Below are positions 13,687 to 27,235 of a DNA stretch of 41,606 bases, piece after piece (the first letter of the stretch is position 1; every line of letters starts with the position of its first letter). The position numbers were made by a program, and so were the translations under genes. The notes under the pieces were generated by a model, which was not told the DNA's origin, did not search any database, and saw nothing but the letters and a program-made list of their open reading frames with translations. The DNA comes from Bigelowiella natans CCMP2755. Its lineage: Eukaryota; Protista; Cercozoa. Location: the NCBI GenBank assembly GCA_000320545.1, contig ADNK01002724.1, forward strand, positions 1-41,606, in the 5' to 3' direction.

Positions 13687-14851
13687 TATATACAAAACAA
13701 TTACGTATGTATGCTAAGATGTTACGTCAGGTGTCAGTTTGCAGAGTAAAAATGGCATTTCAGACGATATAGCGCTGCAAACGATTCTTGCAGCAAGCGA
13801 GAAAGAACCGAGGAATTTATACATAAAAGCACTAGACAGCACTTCTGAAAGAGGAGCATCTTCATCTGCTACAGCATTGGCCATACTCACTACATGAAAA
13901 AGCGAAAACCTGTCTTTGACGCCTGGTATCGTTGGAAGTTCCACCTTGGCGTCTGAAATGACCTACGTGCACAAAATATATTCACTTCACACCATCAATA
14001 ACATCATCATCATCATCATCATCACCACCACCACCACCATAATCATCATCAGCCTCACCATTATCATCGCCATTATCATCGTCATCATCATCATCATCGT
14101 CATCATCATCATCCAAGAGACGGAGCGAGGCATGTACGCGCATCTACTCATGAAACCCGCTCAAAGCATCATGCAGAAAACATCTAAAATCGGCGGGAAC
14201 AGGGCGGAGGGAGAACAACCTGATAGGCATCTTCAAGGAAGTACTGGGTCACGGGGAATGTGAAGCTGAAAAACCGCACATATAGCACAACGCTAAAATC
14301 ATCATCTGCGCACCACATTTCGAGAAGGACATTATTTATCTTTATCTTCCGTAATGCCGCCGAGCGCCCTCTCCCCCCCCCCCCCCCCCCCCCCCTGTTC
14401 CCTCCTACCGCTTGCTTTTGTAATGTATAATGCCATCCCTTACCCGGGTATGTTGAAAGAAGGCACCCGCCCGATCTTCGAGTGGCTTTCGAAATATTTC
14501 TGCCAGGTGGACAACAACATTATCAGGGGCTTTAAATGAGCTCCTCCCCGGCCATGCCCCAATGCTGCTATTCACTGATTCATCTTTCCGAATAAAAGGG
14601 GGGGGTGAGTGGGTACCGACCTGAAAATCTTTCGCGTTGAGCGTCGCGGACATGAGGATCACCCTGGCATTTTGAAGTAGCATAAACTATCAATATGATT
14701 AAAGCAGGCAAGAATCTTCAACATCTCTCCTCAAACATCAAAATAGCTCCTGTGAAAAGTAGGTGGGGGTGGTGGCCACGATTTTGCGGATGGTCCTTGA
14801 GGAGTGCCAAGTGTGATTGCCGACTCGCAGATAATAACCAAAAAGTATGTG

Positions 14852-14890
<39 letters not shown>

Positions 14891-17800
14891 ATATTAGAGT
14901 CTTGCTCTCGTGGTTGCTTGCGTGAGCGAATTAATGCGTTCAGACTTAAGATCGGGCCGACGGGGCAGCAAATCACGTAGAATTACGAGCAGAAAATCGG
15001 AATCCACGCTTCTCTCATGCACCTGATGACACCGCATATAGTCGTTCGCTTTGCCGCCTTACACAACCGCAGCACGCGGGAGGAGCGGCAAGCAGCTCGA
15101 AGAAGGAGCGATTAGTTCATCATTCGCGACACCTACCTCGTCCAGAATAATGTGGGATACGCTCGAAAGCTCAGGATCGCCCTGCAGCCTCCGGAGCAAG
15201 ATTCCTGTTTTGCAGATGTCATATAACACGTGTCAGTGGTAAAAATGGGTGGTTTGGGCTCTCTCGCGCGTCCCCCCTCCCCCCATTCATTACTACCTTG
15301 CGTGCAGAAAAGGAGCCTCGTGTTGACCGAGAGGCGCGACTCCAAGCGTATTTGATATCCGACAGTGCCACCCACCCTCTCCGCACGCTCGCTAATTATG
15401 CAGCAGCGATTTCGTAGGAAGTCAATGGTACGTGATTCTGCCTAGCTCTATATTCGTCGCTGTTATTATCATCGAAGCTCTCCTCTCTCTCGTCCTTCTT
15501 CTCCTCCTTCTTCTCCTCCTCCTCCTCATCATCATCCTGATCACAATGCACACGTGCTACTGCTGCTATCGTTGTAGTACCTAGCGACGCGCTCTGCTAC
15601 ACTGACCGCGGAGATCCTCCTGGGCTGCGTGCAGATGATGCTGCATCGTGCCCTGGAACAGAGCAGCGCGAATCCAAAAACACATCATTGGTTAGATCGA
15701 TCAATCTCTTCGCTATTTCGCGCTGGAACGCTTTATTGCTGACCCACCCCTTGCCTGCCATGATAGCTTCATCGAGGACGAATTGAGGCACTTGGGTAGT
15801 CTTACCGCATCCGGTCTCCCCCCTGTCGCATTGTCGTGAAGGCAGCGATTTGTGAAAAAATGGCGGCTTAGGATGGCGACGTGTGATGATCAAAGCACGG
15901 CTCTCGGTCGGAAGGAGAGTGGGTGTTCCCCCATTTCCGTGAGAGCTATCTCGCAATCGTTCGTATATATTCAAAAAAAGGTGTGTTTGCTTGTTTTTGT
16001 AATCATTACGATATGACTGTGACTTGATGGGCGCTGATGGTGCTGATAATCTTCTCTGCAGCTTTGAATGATGGAAGTCTGCCAAGGAGCACGTTTGCAC
16101 GGAAGAAGCAAAAATCACGAAGTAGGAAGAAGTGGAAGAGAAATGAGAAAGATAAGATAGGTTGCACAAGGGCGGCTGCCCTATTACACGATCGGCAAGC
16201 TTTTTAGAAAAGGAGGGGGGGGGAAACCATGATAAGCTGAAGCAGAAAGGTGCTATTTTTGCGAGATCAAGAACGAGAAAGAAGACTAACAACTTCGCAA
16301 TAGCGCTTCCGACCAAAGAATGTGATATTTCACCGTCCGCGACCCTAACCCCTTCCCCCCTCCTCAAATCACACGTTCACTCTATTTTTTTCTACTCCTC
16401 TCTACTGAGGTTATGTGACGTATTCCACAAGCGCCCTCACCTTTGTCGCTGGTCCTGCATCCTTCGATATTCCGCATTAAACCGCCGTTTTTCAATCAAC
16501 GAGTCTCTTAGCGCTTTACTCTCCCTGCCCATTTGCTCACCGTCGTCTCCCTCCTTTAAGTGCTTCATCCTATCATATAGCCTATTCTTTCTTTCATTGC
16601 CTCCAAGATCGCCCCATCGACTGCTCTCGAAAGCGGTTGGCCTCTTCTGCTGCCGTTGCTGGGAGAACCGTGAGCCCCCCCTCCCTCCTGCCTCCGAGTT
16701 TTGCTTATTTCTGTATTGCCCTTCTTTCATTGATGCAGGTTGATGCTCTGGTAGGCATGATTCAAGACGTGCGACGATTTCCTCCGAAAGACCGAAGACC
16801 TCAGGCCTGGGGTCCTGTCGGTATTGATGATTGTGCGTGCGTGTGTGTGTGTGAGTGTTTCTGTGAGATTAAGAAGATGTGTAGATTTGGCGACGGAATA
16901 GGCTTATTAGGTCATGCAAACACGCGCGTCGCGTACGTGCGTGCGAGGATGTAGATACCCAAGCATACAAACGCACAACCGTTCACACACAAACACACAC
17001 AGACACACATACACGCGCGCAATTATTTTCCAGAGAGGAGAGAATGAGAGAAACAGAGAGAAAGATCGAATAGGGAGAAGAGGGGAGGTAGGCGTGGAAA
17101 CGACCATCAATAATTGCTGGAGTTTGATGCGGTTTATTTCCTCCTGCGATACTCGGTTTTCAACTGCCTCATTCTGCAAAGCATCGGTGCCATCTGAAAC
17201 CATCTCCTCACCATCAATCTCCCTGATGCTGCTGCTGCTGCTTCTACATGTATTCGCAGAAGAAGCGGGGATACGAATTCCCATTTGCTGCAAAAGCTTC
17301 CTATCATCCTCCTGCTGCCTTCGCCGCTTTTCCTGCTTGTTTTTCTACGGGGTATGGGGAGGCACATTGAGCATATTGGAAAGCAGCAGAAGACATGGAA
17401 CGGGGAAATGCATGGCAGCGCGGAAGGACAAAACACAGCTTCTCATGACATTGCACACGACCCATCTCATCTCCTGCTCCTCCTGAGACAAATCTTCCCG
17501 TTTGCGAAGATGCTTTCTCCAATTATACCCGCCGCCGCCGCCGCCGCGGCCCCCACCACCGCCACCTCGCCGTCTGTCGCCATCTGAACGATTCCATTCA
17601 TTGTTATATGTGCTTTTGAGGGATAGCTCGTGTATTCGCACATTGCCCACCACTTCAGATGACAGCGGCAGATATCAGGCCCAAACTCATGTTTTAGGGC
17701 AAGCGGTGTATTCTCAAAGAGATGGCGGATGCTACATCAAATAAGTACACATCGTGTTGTCGAAACCTGCCCCGTGCCATCGCCCACGGCCCCTGCCCCT

Positions 17801-17951
17801 CCTTCCACCCCGTCTGAGGCCATTATTGAAGCCACGGACCCATCCTAACCATATAGGCAAATCGAAATGTTTAGTGGGAGCGGTTTTGAAACGTCTCTTT
17901 CAATAGAAAGGACAGCGTGGGGGGGGGGGACGGACCTCCACGCCGGCGCAT
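5841..17951 (-). CDS. DEAH-box RNA helicase, DHX36/DHX57/DHX29-like, many exons, RGG-rich N-terminus
   Basis: Motifs occur in order on the minus strand: [130 protein letters not shown]2 ([16 protein letters not shown]), [54 protein letters not shown]; stop at 5841. Start inferred from phase-compatible exons. Confidence 0.9.
6581..7369 (-). other. LOTUS/OST-HTH-like domain within the helicase (exons 7276-7369, 7033-7095, 6765-6800, 6581-6723)
   Basis: Phase-1 GT-AG junctions join to [78 protein letters not shown], which fits the OST-HTH pattern (helix-G-x-hydrophobic helix...(Y/F)G-x-x-x-L-x-x-h-h...D-L-F). Confidence 0.65.
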
Positions 17952-18289
17952 GTTTTAATTCTGCTTTGCAAATCGGTTTGGTCCTACTCTATTCGATGTT
18001 TCCTGGATGATATTTTATCTAAAATAGACACATTCCGTCAAGAATTTAAGCGAAGCTTGACTGAGGATAATATTTTTTACAAATCCTCCCCGAAGAGTTA
18101 GTCGCAGGTTTTAAAGAGCCTATGTGTGCCATTTCATTTCGTAGGATTTTGTGCGTGTTGGGTCCGGTCGATTTTGAAATCGTGCTTTCATTTTTTTGCT
18201 GGAGAACGATTTTTTCCTCCCCGAAGACATTCCCCCCACCTCGCCCTTCACATCACCCTGCTGTCATCACCATCAAACACCAAGAACCA

Positions 18290-19070
18290 TGTCCACTGCC
18301 GTGTGCATGACGTGTCCATTGCAATGTTCAGCCCATGCATGCACCTCCCTTCATTGCACACCACGATGTTTGATCACAACCAAGCCACACACCTCTCGCC
18401 TTCCAGTGAAAAACTTGCTCACTCACTCACTCACTCGTCGTCCCCCACACGTGCTAGCGTGGTTCGTGTCGCAAAGTGTCACACGTTGCATCGCTGGATC
18501 GTTGTCATCGCTCGATCGGAGGCTGGTGATTGCGCTCGCCATCAGTGGTGGCACTAGCTTTGCCTCTGCGTGCGTCACAGGTTTTTGCACGTGATTGAAC
18601 TGTTTGAAGCTAGCGCAAGGTGCTTTTCTCAAAGGTGGTGACTTCCATGCGCTTTTCCAGTTTTGGCATGATGGTGCTTCTGCAATGATCAATCTTGAGC
18701 TTCGATCATGCTAGGTTCACAGTGCAAGATGTCCCGCTGCTGCAGTGCTGCTCGCATCGCCAGCACGTGCTAGCGCTAGCTAGCTAGCGTGAGTGTTCAG
18801 CTGTGGAGTCAGGCTAGCAGGACGCACGTCACACGCATGCACAGATGCCGCTTCATCTACTTCCATCTTGGTGCTTACATTGAACGTGTGCCCTCGAAGA
18901 TCTAGAGATGCTGCTAGACTGCACTGGGGTGCAACTGATGCTAGTGATGACTGCGTGAGAGATCGATCAAAATCTGGCATTTCAGCGTTGACATCGCGAA
19001 GCTGCGGGTGCGTGGTTGGCGCAATCCCCTTCAATCATGCATGGCGTCCAGCTAGCTAGATCGCACATGG
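18290..19070. repeat. CTAG/GCTAGC- and CA/TG-rich degenerate tract, possible decayed mobile-element relic
   Basis: Dense gctagc/ctagctag/gcatgc words (e.g. 18768-18788) in intergenic DNA; no intact recognisable ORF. Confidence 0.4.
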
Positions 19071-19235
19071 CATAATGATTTTTTTAACATTTGCATTTTC
19101 AAACGAACCAAACTCCAATTGGTTTATCTGCTATGCACATTTTTAATTGACATAATGATGACGAACAACATCCGACGTGCTATCCGCATAATTTCATCGA
19201 AAAATCATGCTGTCTATGATTCTTATTCTAAATCG

Positions 19236-22200
19236 TCATCGTCGTCGTCTTCTCTTGGCTCTACTGTTTGGTTTGGTAGGCGCCTTGCTACTCGAAGATG
19301 ACGAGGATGCTACAGCTCCATCTGCATGTTGCAAAACCAACGCACTCTCCTCGTCCGGCAGCAACCATTTCTGCCGAAGTACCCCAGTAAGGATGAGCTC
19401 TTTGTCATAGATTGCATAGCCTAGTCAAATTGTTCATCATATTGGTGAGTCAAAGGAAGACAAGACCATAACAGACACCAACAATCTCTGGACATAAAGA
19501 TGGATTTTGGTCTATTGAAACCATATTGCCCGAAAATTGTGAAAGGACTGTGTTTTCGAGACATGATTATCCCGACCACCAAAACGCAAGCATAGAAAGA
19601 TTTGATTTGAACAAAACATCTGCCGGGTATGTGCACCAGGAGCAAGTTTTTGCTGCAGCTAACATGTCATTACCTAAACGTTGCAGCTTCTTCACCTGCG
19701 TCTTATTAATGTCGTCAACGCATGAGAGTATAAAAGTGTTCTCTGCGAAGGACTTGGGAGCTGATTTCACTATTCTGCCCCCCGCGCAACTCACGATCAA
19801 AGACATCTAAAATAGTAGTACACACGATAATATGAAGAAAATCGAATTGAGAGAAATGCGTCGAAAAGAAAAACAGACCACTCCGGTCAAATAGAGAAAA
19901 CTTACATCGGAAAGTGATGGCAACACACTGGAGGTTTGGAAAAATGTCTTCCCTTCCAAAAATTCCTCTTTGTGAGCTAGCGATTCCAGGAGCTTGAACC
20001 GCCACTTTCTCTCTGCTGCGGAGTCTTTCACCCAATACGGTTCCTGATGTGCGCATTTGGGAGAAATATCTTATTTATCTTAGAAGTCTCATTGAGTTGC
20101 TATTCATCCTCAGGCCATTCGAAGCAAGGACGGCGTCGAACAGGCCTTGCGTAATAACAAACTCAAAAAGAAACAGCGCCCTAGTCGCGTCACACGATAC
20201 TAAGTTCTCATGCCCTCGCAAGTCGAGCTTGCCTGTCTTTACGTGTGCTAACAAGCCTACACACACGCGCACGCGCTCGCCCTCGCATACACACGCACGC
20301 ACAAACACTATGACCTCTTCCAACCATCGGCCCTTCTTATGGCTGTCGTTAATGAACGACGCTTTTACGACGTGGCGGCATGACGAGAGCGCCGCAAGAA
20401 ACTTCTTTGTTCGGCGCACCTTGTCTGTGACGATGTGCGTACACCTTCCTATCTCCCTAACCGAAAACTTCCGAGTAGAAAGAGTAGCAGTGGAAAATGG
20501 AAAGACATGACGAAAAGATAAAGTAAGTACCACGGTGGGGGAATGGTGTACTCTATCTCAACAGCAGTTGCTGTGCTTCCCTCACACAACTCTTTCCAAC
20601 ATATCATATCGACGACGATGGAATATTGCCGATTGTGCAAACCTTCGAAATCACGGATCCTCCAATGCTACTCACTTTCTTCTCCAACTAGCCAACAACA
20701 CAACCAGAAAAACAGACAGGACGAGTCAGAAGGACTACACCAGGGCTTGTAGGGCATTGCATAATACCTTTCCTTTCTCTTCGTCTGTGAGGCCGGTTAA
20801 CAGGAACACGGGGGGGGAACGCTGCACTTTTGCCGGCTCTTCATCTTCCTCCTCCTGCTCTATGTTCTCCGCTGCTGCCGAAGAATTTCGTTTGTCTTGC
20901 TGGCTATTAGCACCGCTGCGACTGCTGCTTCTTCCATTGCTACGACTGCTTCTTCTCCTTGCCCGTTTGCTGTTGTCATTGCTACTGCTACTAGCGGTTG
21001 TTGCAGTGGTGGTGGCGACGACGACAGGGCTGCTCGGTTTTTTCCTCTTCGACGACTGACGGGACGAAGCAGAGCGAGAGGAACGACGCGAAGAGGATGA
21101 CGAGGACGGAGGCAAAGGACTAGAAACCTTCTCTTCGGCAGGGGTGCCAGCTTTCTCGATTCCTTCTGTCTGCTTTTTGTCTCCATTTCCATCTCCTACG
21201 TTTTTCGCAGTGGATGCAGCCGATATCGCCGCCGAGGACGGTGCAGGCTTCTCCTGCTGTCTACTCCTTCGGGAGTAAGATCTTGTTGCTCGGCGTCTCT
21301 TAGTCGCGGGCTGTTGCTGCCCTTCATCGTCCTGTTTCTGTGCCCTGCTGCCACCCTCCTTGCCCTTCTGCAGTGAGGTTGTCGGAGAAGTGATGACGTC
21401 CGCCCACTTACTATCGCCCTCAACCTCTTTATTCCTCTACACGCACATATCACACACAATAGGACACAAGCAACGTGCCATGTAAATTCGTGTATAACCG
21501 ACAGAATGGTCGTTAAGCTGCTGAAATATAAGGTTCACGTCCCTCGACAGAACTCAGCTGTCGCGGAACGTGACTCGCCGGAAATTCAAGGTAAATTGCC
21601 CGTTTCTTCTCCTCCGTACACCTTTGGAATTCTTTCATTTCAAAGGTGTAATATAATTTGGTTGGAAATTTGTGCTAATGATCCCTTCACCATAACTCAC
21701 ATGCAAGCAAGATCATTTGATATTCTTGCCCTGCCCCCCCATCTCTCTTACTACTACCTTCCGCGCACTACGACGGCGGCTAGGACGAGGAATTTTAGCT
21801 GCTGGTGACCGTGAAGCGTTCTCTCCGCCGCCTTGCCGTTGAGCATTGTTCTCGTTAGTATGTTGATCGTCAACTGAGGTTGGTTGTGGTGGTGGTGCTG
21901 TTGCGACTGCAGCTGTGTCCTGTCTCGTCCTTGTCCGTGTTCTCCTTGTGGATGCTGCTCGCGTCTTCGTTGTCGTTGTCTTTCTTTTTGTTGTCTTTTT
22001 TCCATATTCCTTCTTCTGTTGTTTTTTCTTTGTTTGAACCTCTTCCTCCTGCCCCTCGTCTTTCTCCTCAGGAGCTGCTTTCAGCTTTGCGGCCTTGGGT
22101 TTTGTCTTCTTAGATAATATTCTATTTTCTTTTTTTTTGACTTCCTCTTCGGCTTTTGCCCCCATTTTTTTTTCTTCAGCCTCTTTTCTCGTATTTTCCT

Positions 22201-23261
22201 CGGCCTCCTTCTTGGCCTTTTGTTCTGCCTCTTTCCTTGCATTCTCCTCGGCCTTTTCTCTTTCTTCCTGTTCTTTCTTTGCCTTTTTCTTCTCCACCTC
22301 CTCTCTTCTGGCTTTATCTTCCGCCTCTTTCTTGAGTCTCTCCTCCGTCTCTCTTCTGGCTTTATCTTCTGCCTCTTTCTGGGCTCTCTCCTCCGCCTCT
22401 TTCCTTTCCTTTTCCTCTGCCTCTCTTCTACCTTTTTCTTTCGCCCCTTTCTTGGCTCTCTTCTCGGCCTCTTTCCGTTCATTTTCTTCGGCTTCTTCCT
22501 TTGCTCTGTCCTCCGCCTCTTTCTTCTTCTTTTCTTCGGCTTCTTTCTCTACGTTTCTTTCCTCCGCTTCTTTTTTCCTCTTTTCCTCAGCAGCCTTCTT
22601 ATTTTGGAAAATGAAAAAAAAGAATCCCATCGACATTATCATATATACAGTTCGTCAAAACATATTGTAAAACGAAACGGACTCACTACTTTTCTATGAG
22701 AAATTATCTCCTCTTTCGTGTTGTCTTCTTCTTCTTCTTCTTCTTCTTCTTCTTCTTCTTCTTTTCGTTCTTCTTGGTTTCCTGCCTCAGTGTCTGTCTG
22801 CGGAGTCCCAGCTACCACCTCTTCCTCCGCCCCTTCCTCATCTTCATCAGTGCCCGCAACGAAAGATTCTTCCTCGTCCGCAACTTAATATAACACACAC
22901 GCACACACACACACATAAACATACATAGCAACACGTAATGATTTTTTGTTGTTGATACTACGCATAGGTGAGTGCGCATGAACGTACGGCGAAATGATTT
23001 GAGAGAGAAGACACCTTCATCTTTCTTCGTGTCTCCAACAACTTCACTTGACATTTTCCTCCCCTCAATATTTTCAGGATGGCCTCCTCGTCGTTGTTGC
23101 TGTTGCTCAGAATTTGCGCCCCCATCTAAACGCCCACTAAATTCTAAATCGTTGTATACGGGACTCTCTCCCCCGGCACCTTTCTCGTCACCCTAATACA
23201 GCACATCAAAGATTGGAGGAGAGGAAGCATTCGGTCGTGTGTCTGCTTTCACTGCGTGTGG

Positions 23262-23297
<36 letters not shown>

Positions 23298-23717
23298 CGT
23301 GTGTCTGTTTTAAAAAATAGGAGCAATGATTATGTCCCACATTCTCCCCCCGGATACTCGGAAAATCGACAAAATAATCACATTTTTTCAACAATTGAGT
23401 GTTTCGAATCTTCTTCAAATTGGTCAATCTAATGTACCCCACTCACAGTAGCGGAATCCCCAGCTGCCGAGAAAAGCATGGTACGGGCGAGCGTTGCACC
23501 AGGGGTCGCTGATTGCGGAAGACTTTTATCGAGAGAACTTCCACTTCTACTCCCCCCAATAGGAGCGGGTTGGGTTGCGGACTTTCGCGATGAGGGGGGA
23601 AGAGAGGTTGGACAAGAGGAAGATGCCGTTGATTCGTACCTACATTGCAAACATTTAAGTTAAGAGAATACATATGTGTATTTACATATATTTATATACC
23701 TACAATATAAATATTTA

Positions 23718-23753
<36 letters not shown>

Positions 23754-25590
23754 ATTAGTTTATATAGAGTATACGTATGTAACTATGCATAGGTGTAGAT
23801 ACAATATAATCACTGAGAATCGCAATAAGTAATCACAAAGATACTGATATTTTTGTTGAACACTCACTCAAGCGTCGGAGCCATAACGGCCTGGCTTCCC
23901 CCTTTCTTGCTCGCTCTCGCTTCGTTGCCCCGGCCTTTTTTAGCCTCCTCGTTGCCTTTTCCTTCTTCCTGTTCATCTTTCTCCTTTTTGCGTTGGTCGT
24001 TCATCATGGGGTCGTCCTCATAGTAGGGCTGCGTCACTGCCATTTCGTCAACCTCTTGCTCCTTCTCCTGCACACGGTGTAGGTGTTTGTTGTGACCGAT
24101 TATATCATTGAGGTCATTCAAAATCGATTCCACCATCTCATAGGAATCACTATGCTCATGGGCGATTTCGATCATGATTTGCACACAATGTGCCATGGAC
24201 AAGCAATATGCCTTGGAACGAGGCAAAAATCCAAAACCACACACCTCGTTTCCTCCCCGTCGGTTGACATCCTCATAATCATCTGCGCCCCCTCCCCCGT
24301 AAGCCTGTGTTGCTTCCACTTGTAACGACGCCTGGCGAAAGGCGACGGGCGAAGCATGCACAACAGACGACGACGGTGTTTAAAATCGAAATAACATATT
24401 GAAGTATTGATAAAAATCGCTGCCTCATCAAGGGCACGTTGTTTGCAACGACCTTTTCGCCTTCTGTAGCAATATCATTGGCATTGTCGTCCCCCTCCCC
24501 CTTCTTCCCCTCTTCATCACCCCCCACGTCATAGAGCTGCGTCCCCGGAATCGCTGCCTATTGGATGATATAGTATACGTCATTGCGATTGTCTATGGGC
24601 AATTCGGCCTCTTGTACTTTGCCACGAGGTAGTTTCTCGGTTTATTGACTCTGCACAATTACCCCCTCTCCTCCTCCTTATACAAAGCGATGTTTGTTCG
24701 GATTGACTGTTTTGTCGTGAGAAAGCACCCGGTATTTGTGCATTACAAGAGTTTGGAGGCACTTATGACAGCCAAAAAAACTTAGTAAACAGTATACTTT
24801 TTTTTGTTTCCAAATAAAAATTTTAAGGATTTCCTCACCATTTTGCTGTCTTGGTCGGATAGATCGGGACCGAGATTCTCCTGAGGAAGAATAAAAGAAG
24901 ACGTATGGTTGCAGCTCTATTGGTTACACTGAATATATGATGATACTTACTCATAATATATGAAGAAATGAAGAAATGGGTAAGTGAGGGAATGCGAAAT
25001 GAAGTCGCAAGTACGCTGCAACTAGTCATGCATATCAGAAAGACTGAAGAAAAATTGGAAATTACCTGAGAAGCATACGGAATCGTCTCCTCAATCCCCT
25101 CCCCCCCTGCAGCACTTTTCATTGGCGGGGCGGCAGCAACGCCGTCATCATCGATGTCGTCGTCATCATACCTGCTCATTGCCCCCCATCGTCACCAATG
25201 GCGGAGAAACAAACGTGGATTTTTAAGATAGCTCAAAGATATATCGCAACGACAGGAACGCAGGAAAGAGCGCCCCATTCTGTAGTAATGCAGACGACGA
25301 GTATATAATTTCTTTCTACCTGAATGTGGCCTCGAGAGAAGTTCCCCCCCCTCCTTTAGCTTTATCCTGTGGTGATGATATCGGTGACGCTGTAGCGACA
25401 GCAGGAGGAGAGGGCCGCGCGGCGACCTTGTCGCAGTTAGTCTTCTTTTTCTCCTCCTTCTTAGATGGTGGGGAGCAGGAAGTCCTAGCAGCTTTGGAAG
25501 CACCAACTGCTGCAGTGATAGCAGCAGTGCTGTAATCAGGCGATGATGATCCCATGAGAGCTTTGCTTTGGTCGTAGTCGTACCTGGGCA

Positions 25591-25625
<35 letters not shown>

Positions 25626-25720
25626 AGTGTATACGTTTGTGTGTCCATGCGTCTATTGTAGTATATTGGTTTCACAGCGTGGATATCTACTCTCATAAAT
25701 ATGAGGTCACAGAAACAAAA

Positions 25721-25786
<66 letters not shown>

Positions 25787-27235
25787 TATATTCCTCGCAT
25801 CCGCTCTCACAACTTACTCCTGCGTCTCATCAATGTCTGGTGGTGTTTCTTCCTCCCCCTCTTTGTCCCCCTGCTGCTGCTGCTGCTTACCCCCTCCTTT
25901 CCGAACGGACGGGGAGGATGAAGGTGTTGACGTTGGTGCTGCCGCTGCAGCCGTTTTATTTGTTTTTTTCTCCTTTTCTTCTTCGCTTGCCTCCTCTTCC
26001 TTCTGCAATGAATCGAAGACATATATATATATATATTTATATATATATATATATATATTAATTGTGGGGGGGGGGGGGGGGGGGGAGAGAGAAAGAAACT
26101 AGAACTTATTTCGAAACCTGAGGGCCACGCTCTAACCGGAACTGGCTGATTCGATCTATAAACAGCGATAAAGAAGAGGATGACGCACCACCAAACCCAT
26201 AAGTTTGCAATAAGTCAATAACAAGAGACAAAGGAGCCAAGGCAGGCCGGACCTCCGAAGCAGATGAAAATGCCGTCGTCGAGGAGTCGTGGTTTTCGTG
26301 CAGGGATCATCTTGTTCTTGTGGTAGACATCTCCGCTTGTACCGACCCGCCTTAGTCGTTTGAATTTCATTATTTACGAGGTGTATTTGTGTGGACATAT
26401 AAGGTCCGAAACAGATAGCACAGAACAGCCCAATGTGGTTCGTGCTACTACATTTCCAAATAACGAGGCTACATATTATTACGCGAATTCAGTATTTCTC
26501 TGTTTTTAAGAATCATTTTTGTCGATATATTGACACAAGCGATATCATGCCTCTGGCTAAGCTCTTACGTTCCGTTAGTGCTCCCTAGATCCGTCACATA
26601 CGCACGGATCTTGCCCTCCTCATTCACAATTTCTGTGCAATATTGTACCCATCAGATACTCATTATTTCATATTGTATAAATACACAAATGTCAATGCAA
26701 GAAGTTTGCGTCATCGGCATTTTCGACAGGTTCATCACGATGTTAAAAGTGACCTATCTGCGCGTGGGTGTGGGATACTGATTTGTGCATCAGGACAACC
26801 TAATTGTGGGGAGGGGAAGGAGGGGAGGAACTAAGACCAACTATGGAGAGGAATACAGAGGTTAGCAAAATCACAACCTCGTTCGTATCACTCAACATGT
26901 CTCTCCCGATTTTTGTCACCCCCATGCGCATTCTGAAAGTGCGAGAGTCTTCTATCATTCGCAGAGTCGCCTGGAAAGATATGGTCTTACACATCCAATC
27001 ATTCATTCCTGTTCAACCACCACGGCAACTCTCGCGTCGCTCACCCCCCTCCCCAGTCACTTCGACAAACCTTGATATCCTCCTCTTCCTCATCCTCAAT
27101 TTCCTCGGGGGAGAGGAGCTGCGTGGGATCAACGGACATGAAGGACGGACAGGGCGCTGTGGTGGGGGCAGCAACCGGTTTGTTGCACTTCTCCAAATTT
27201 GAAGGAAGGGCTTCCCGCGAAATTCCTTCTGCCAT
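19236..27235 (-). CDS. MDC1-like protein: N-terminal FHA, long disordered region with TQ motifs and charged coiled coil, C-terminal tandem BRCT
   Basis: FHA: GVTKIGRD, SVSHTHA, YVTDLGSTNGT. BRCT pair: PVFLLTG, CTHIVTDKVRRTKKFLAAL, GRWLEE, PYWVKDSAAERKWRFKL, LIVSCAGGRIV, YDKELILTGVLRQK. Stop TGA at 19236-19238; start at 27235 or 27139. Confidence 0.85.
21950..22600 (-). repeat. Coding K/E/A/R-rich repeat ((K/R)KEAEE(K/R)A-type units), predicted coiled coil or single alpha helix, in the MDC1-like gene
   Basis: ORF 21713-22642 shows many iterated EAEE/EAED/EAEK units followed by a K/T/R-rich basic stretch. Confidence 0.8.

Noticed and set aside
6855-14263. Many ORFs with [18 protein letters not shown], poly-I/H/D runs
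   Set aside because: Translations of intronic microsatellites.
17738-17823. ATG 17823 (MASDGVEGG) as helicase start
   Set aside because: Phase is incompatible with the next exon; the RGG-rich frame from ATG 17951 splices correctly.
18420-19040. Possible transposase/recombinase ORF remnants
   Set aside because: No recognisable catalytic motif, terminal repeats or target-site duplication; kept only as a degenerate tract.
22095-22699. Plus-strand S/F/A/L-rich ORFs that look like membrane proteins
   Set aside because: Antisense shadow of the K/E-rich exon of the MDC1-like gene.
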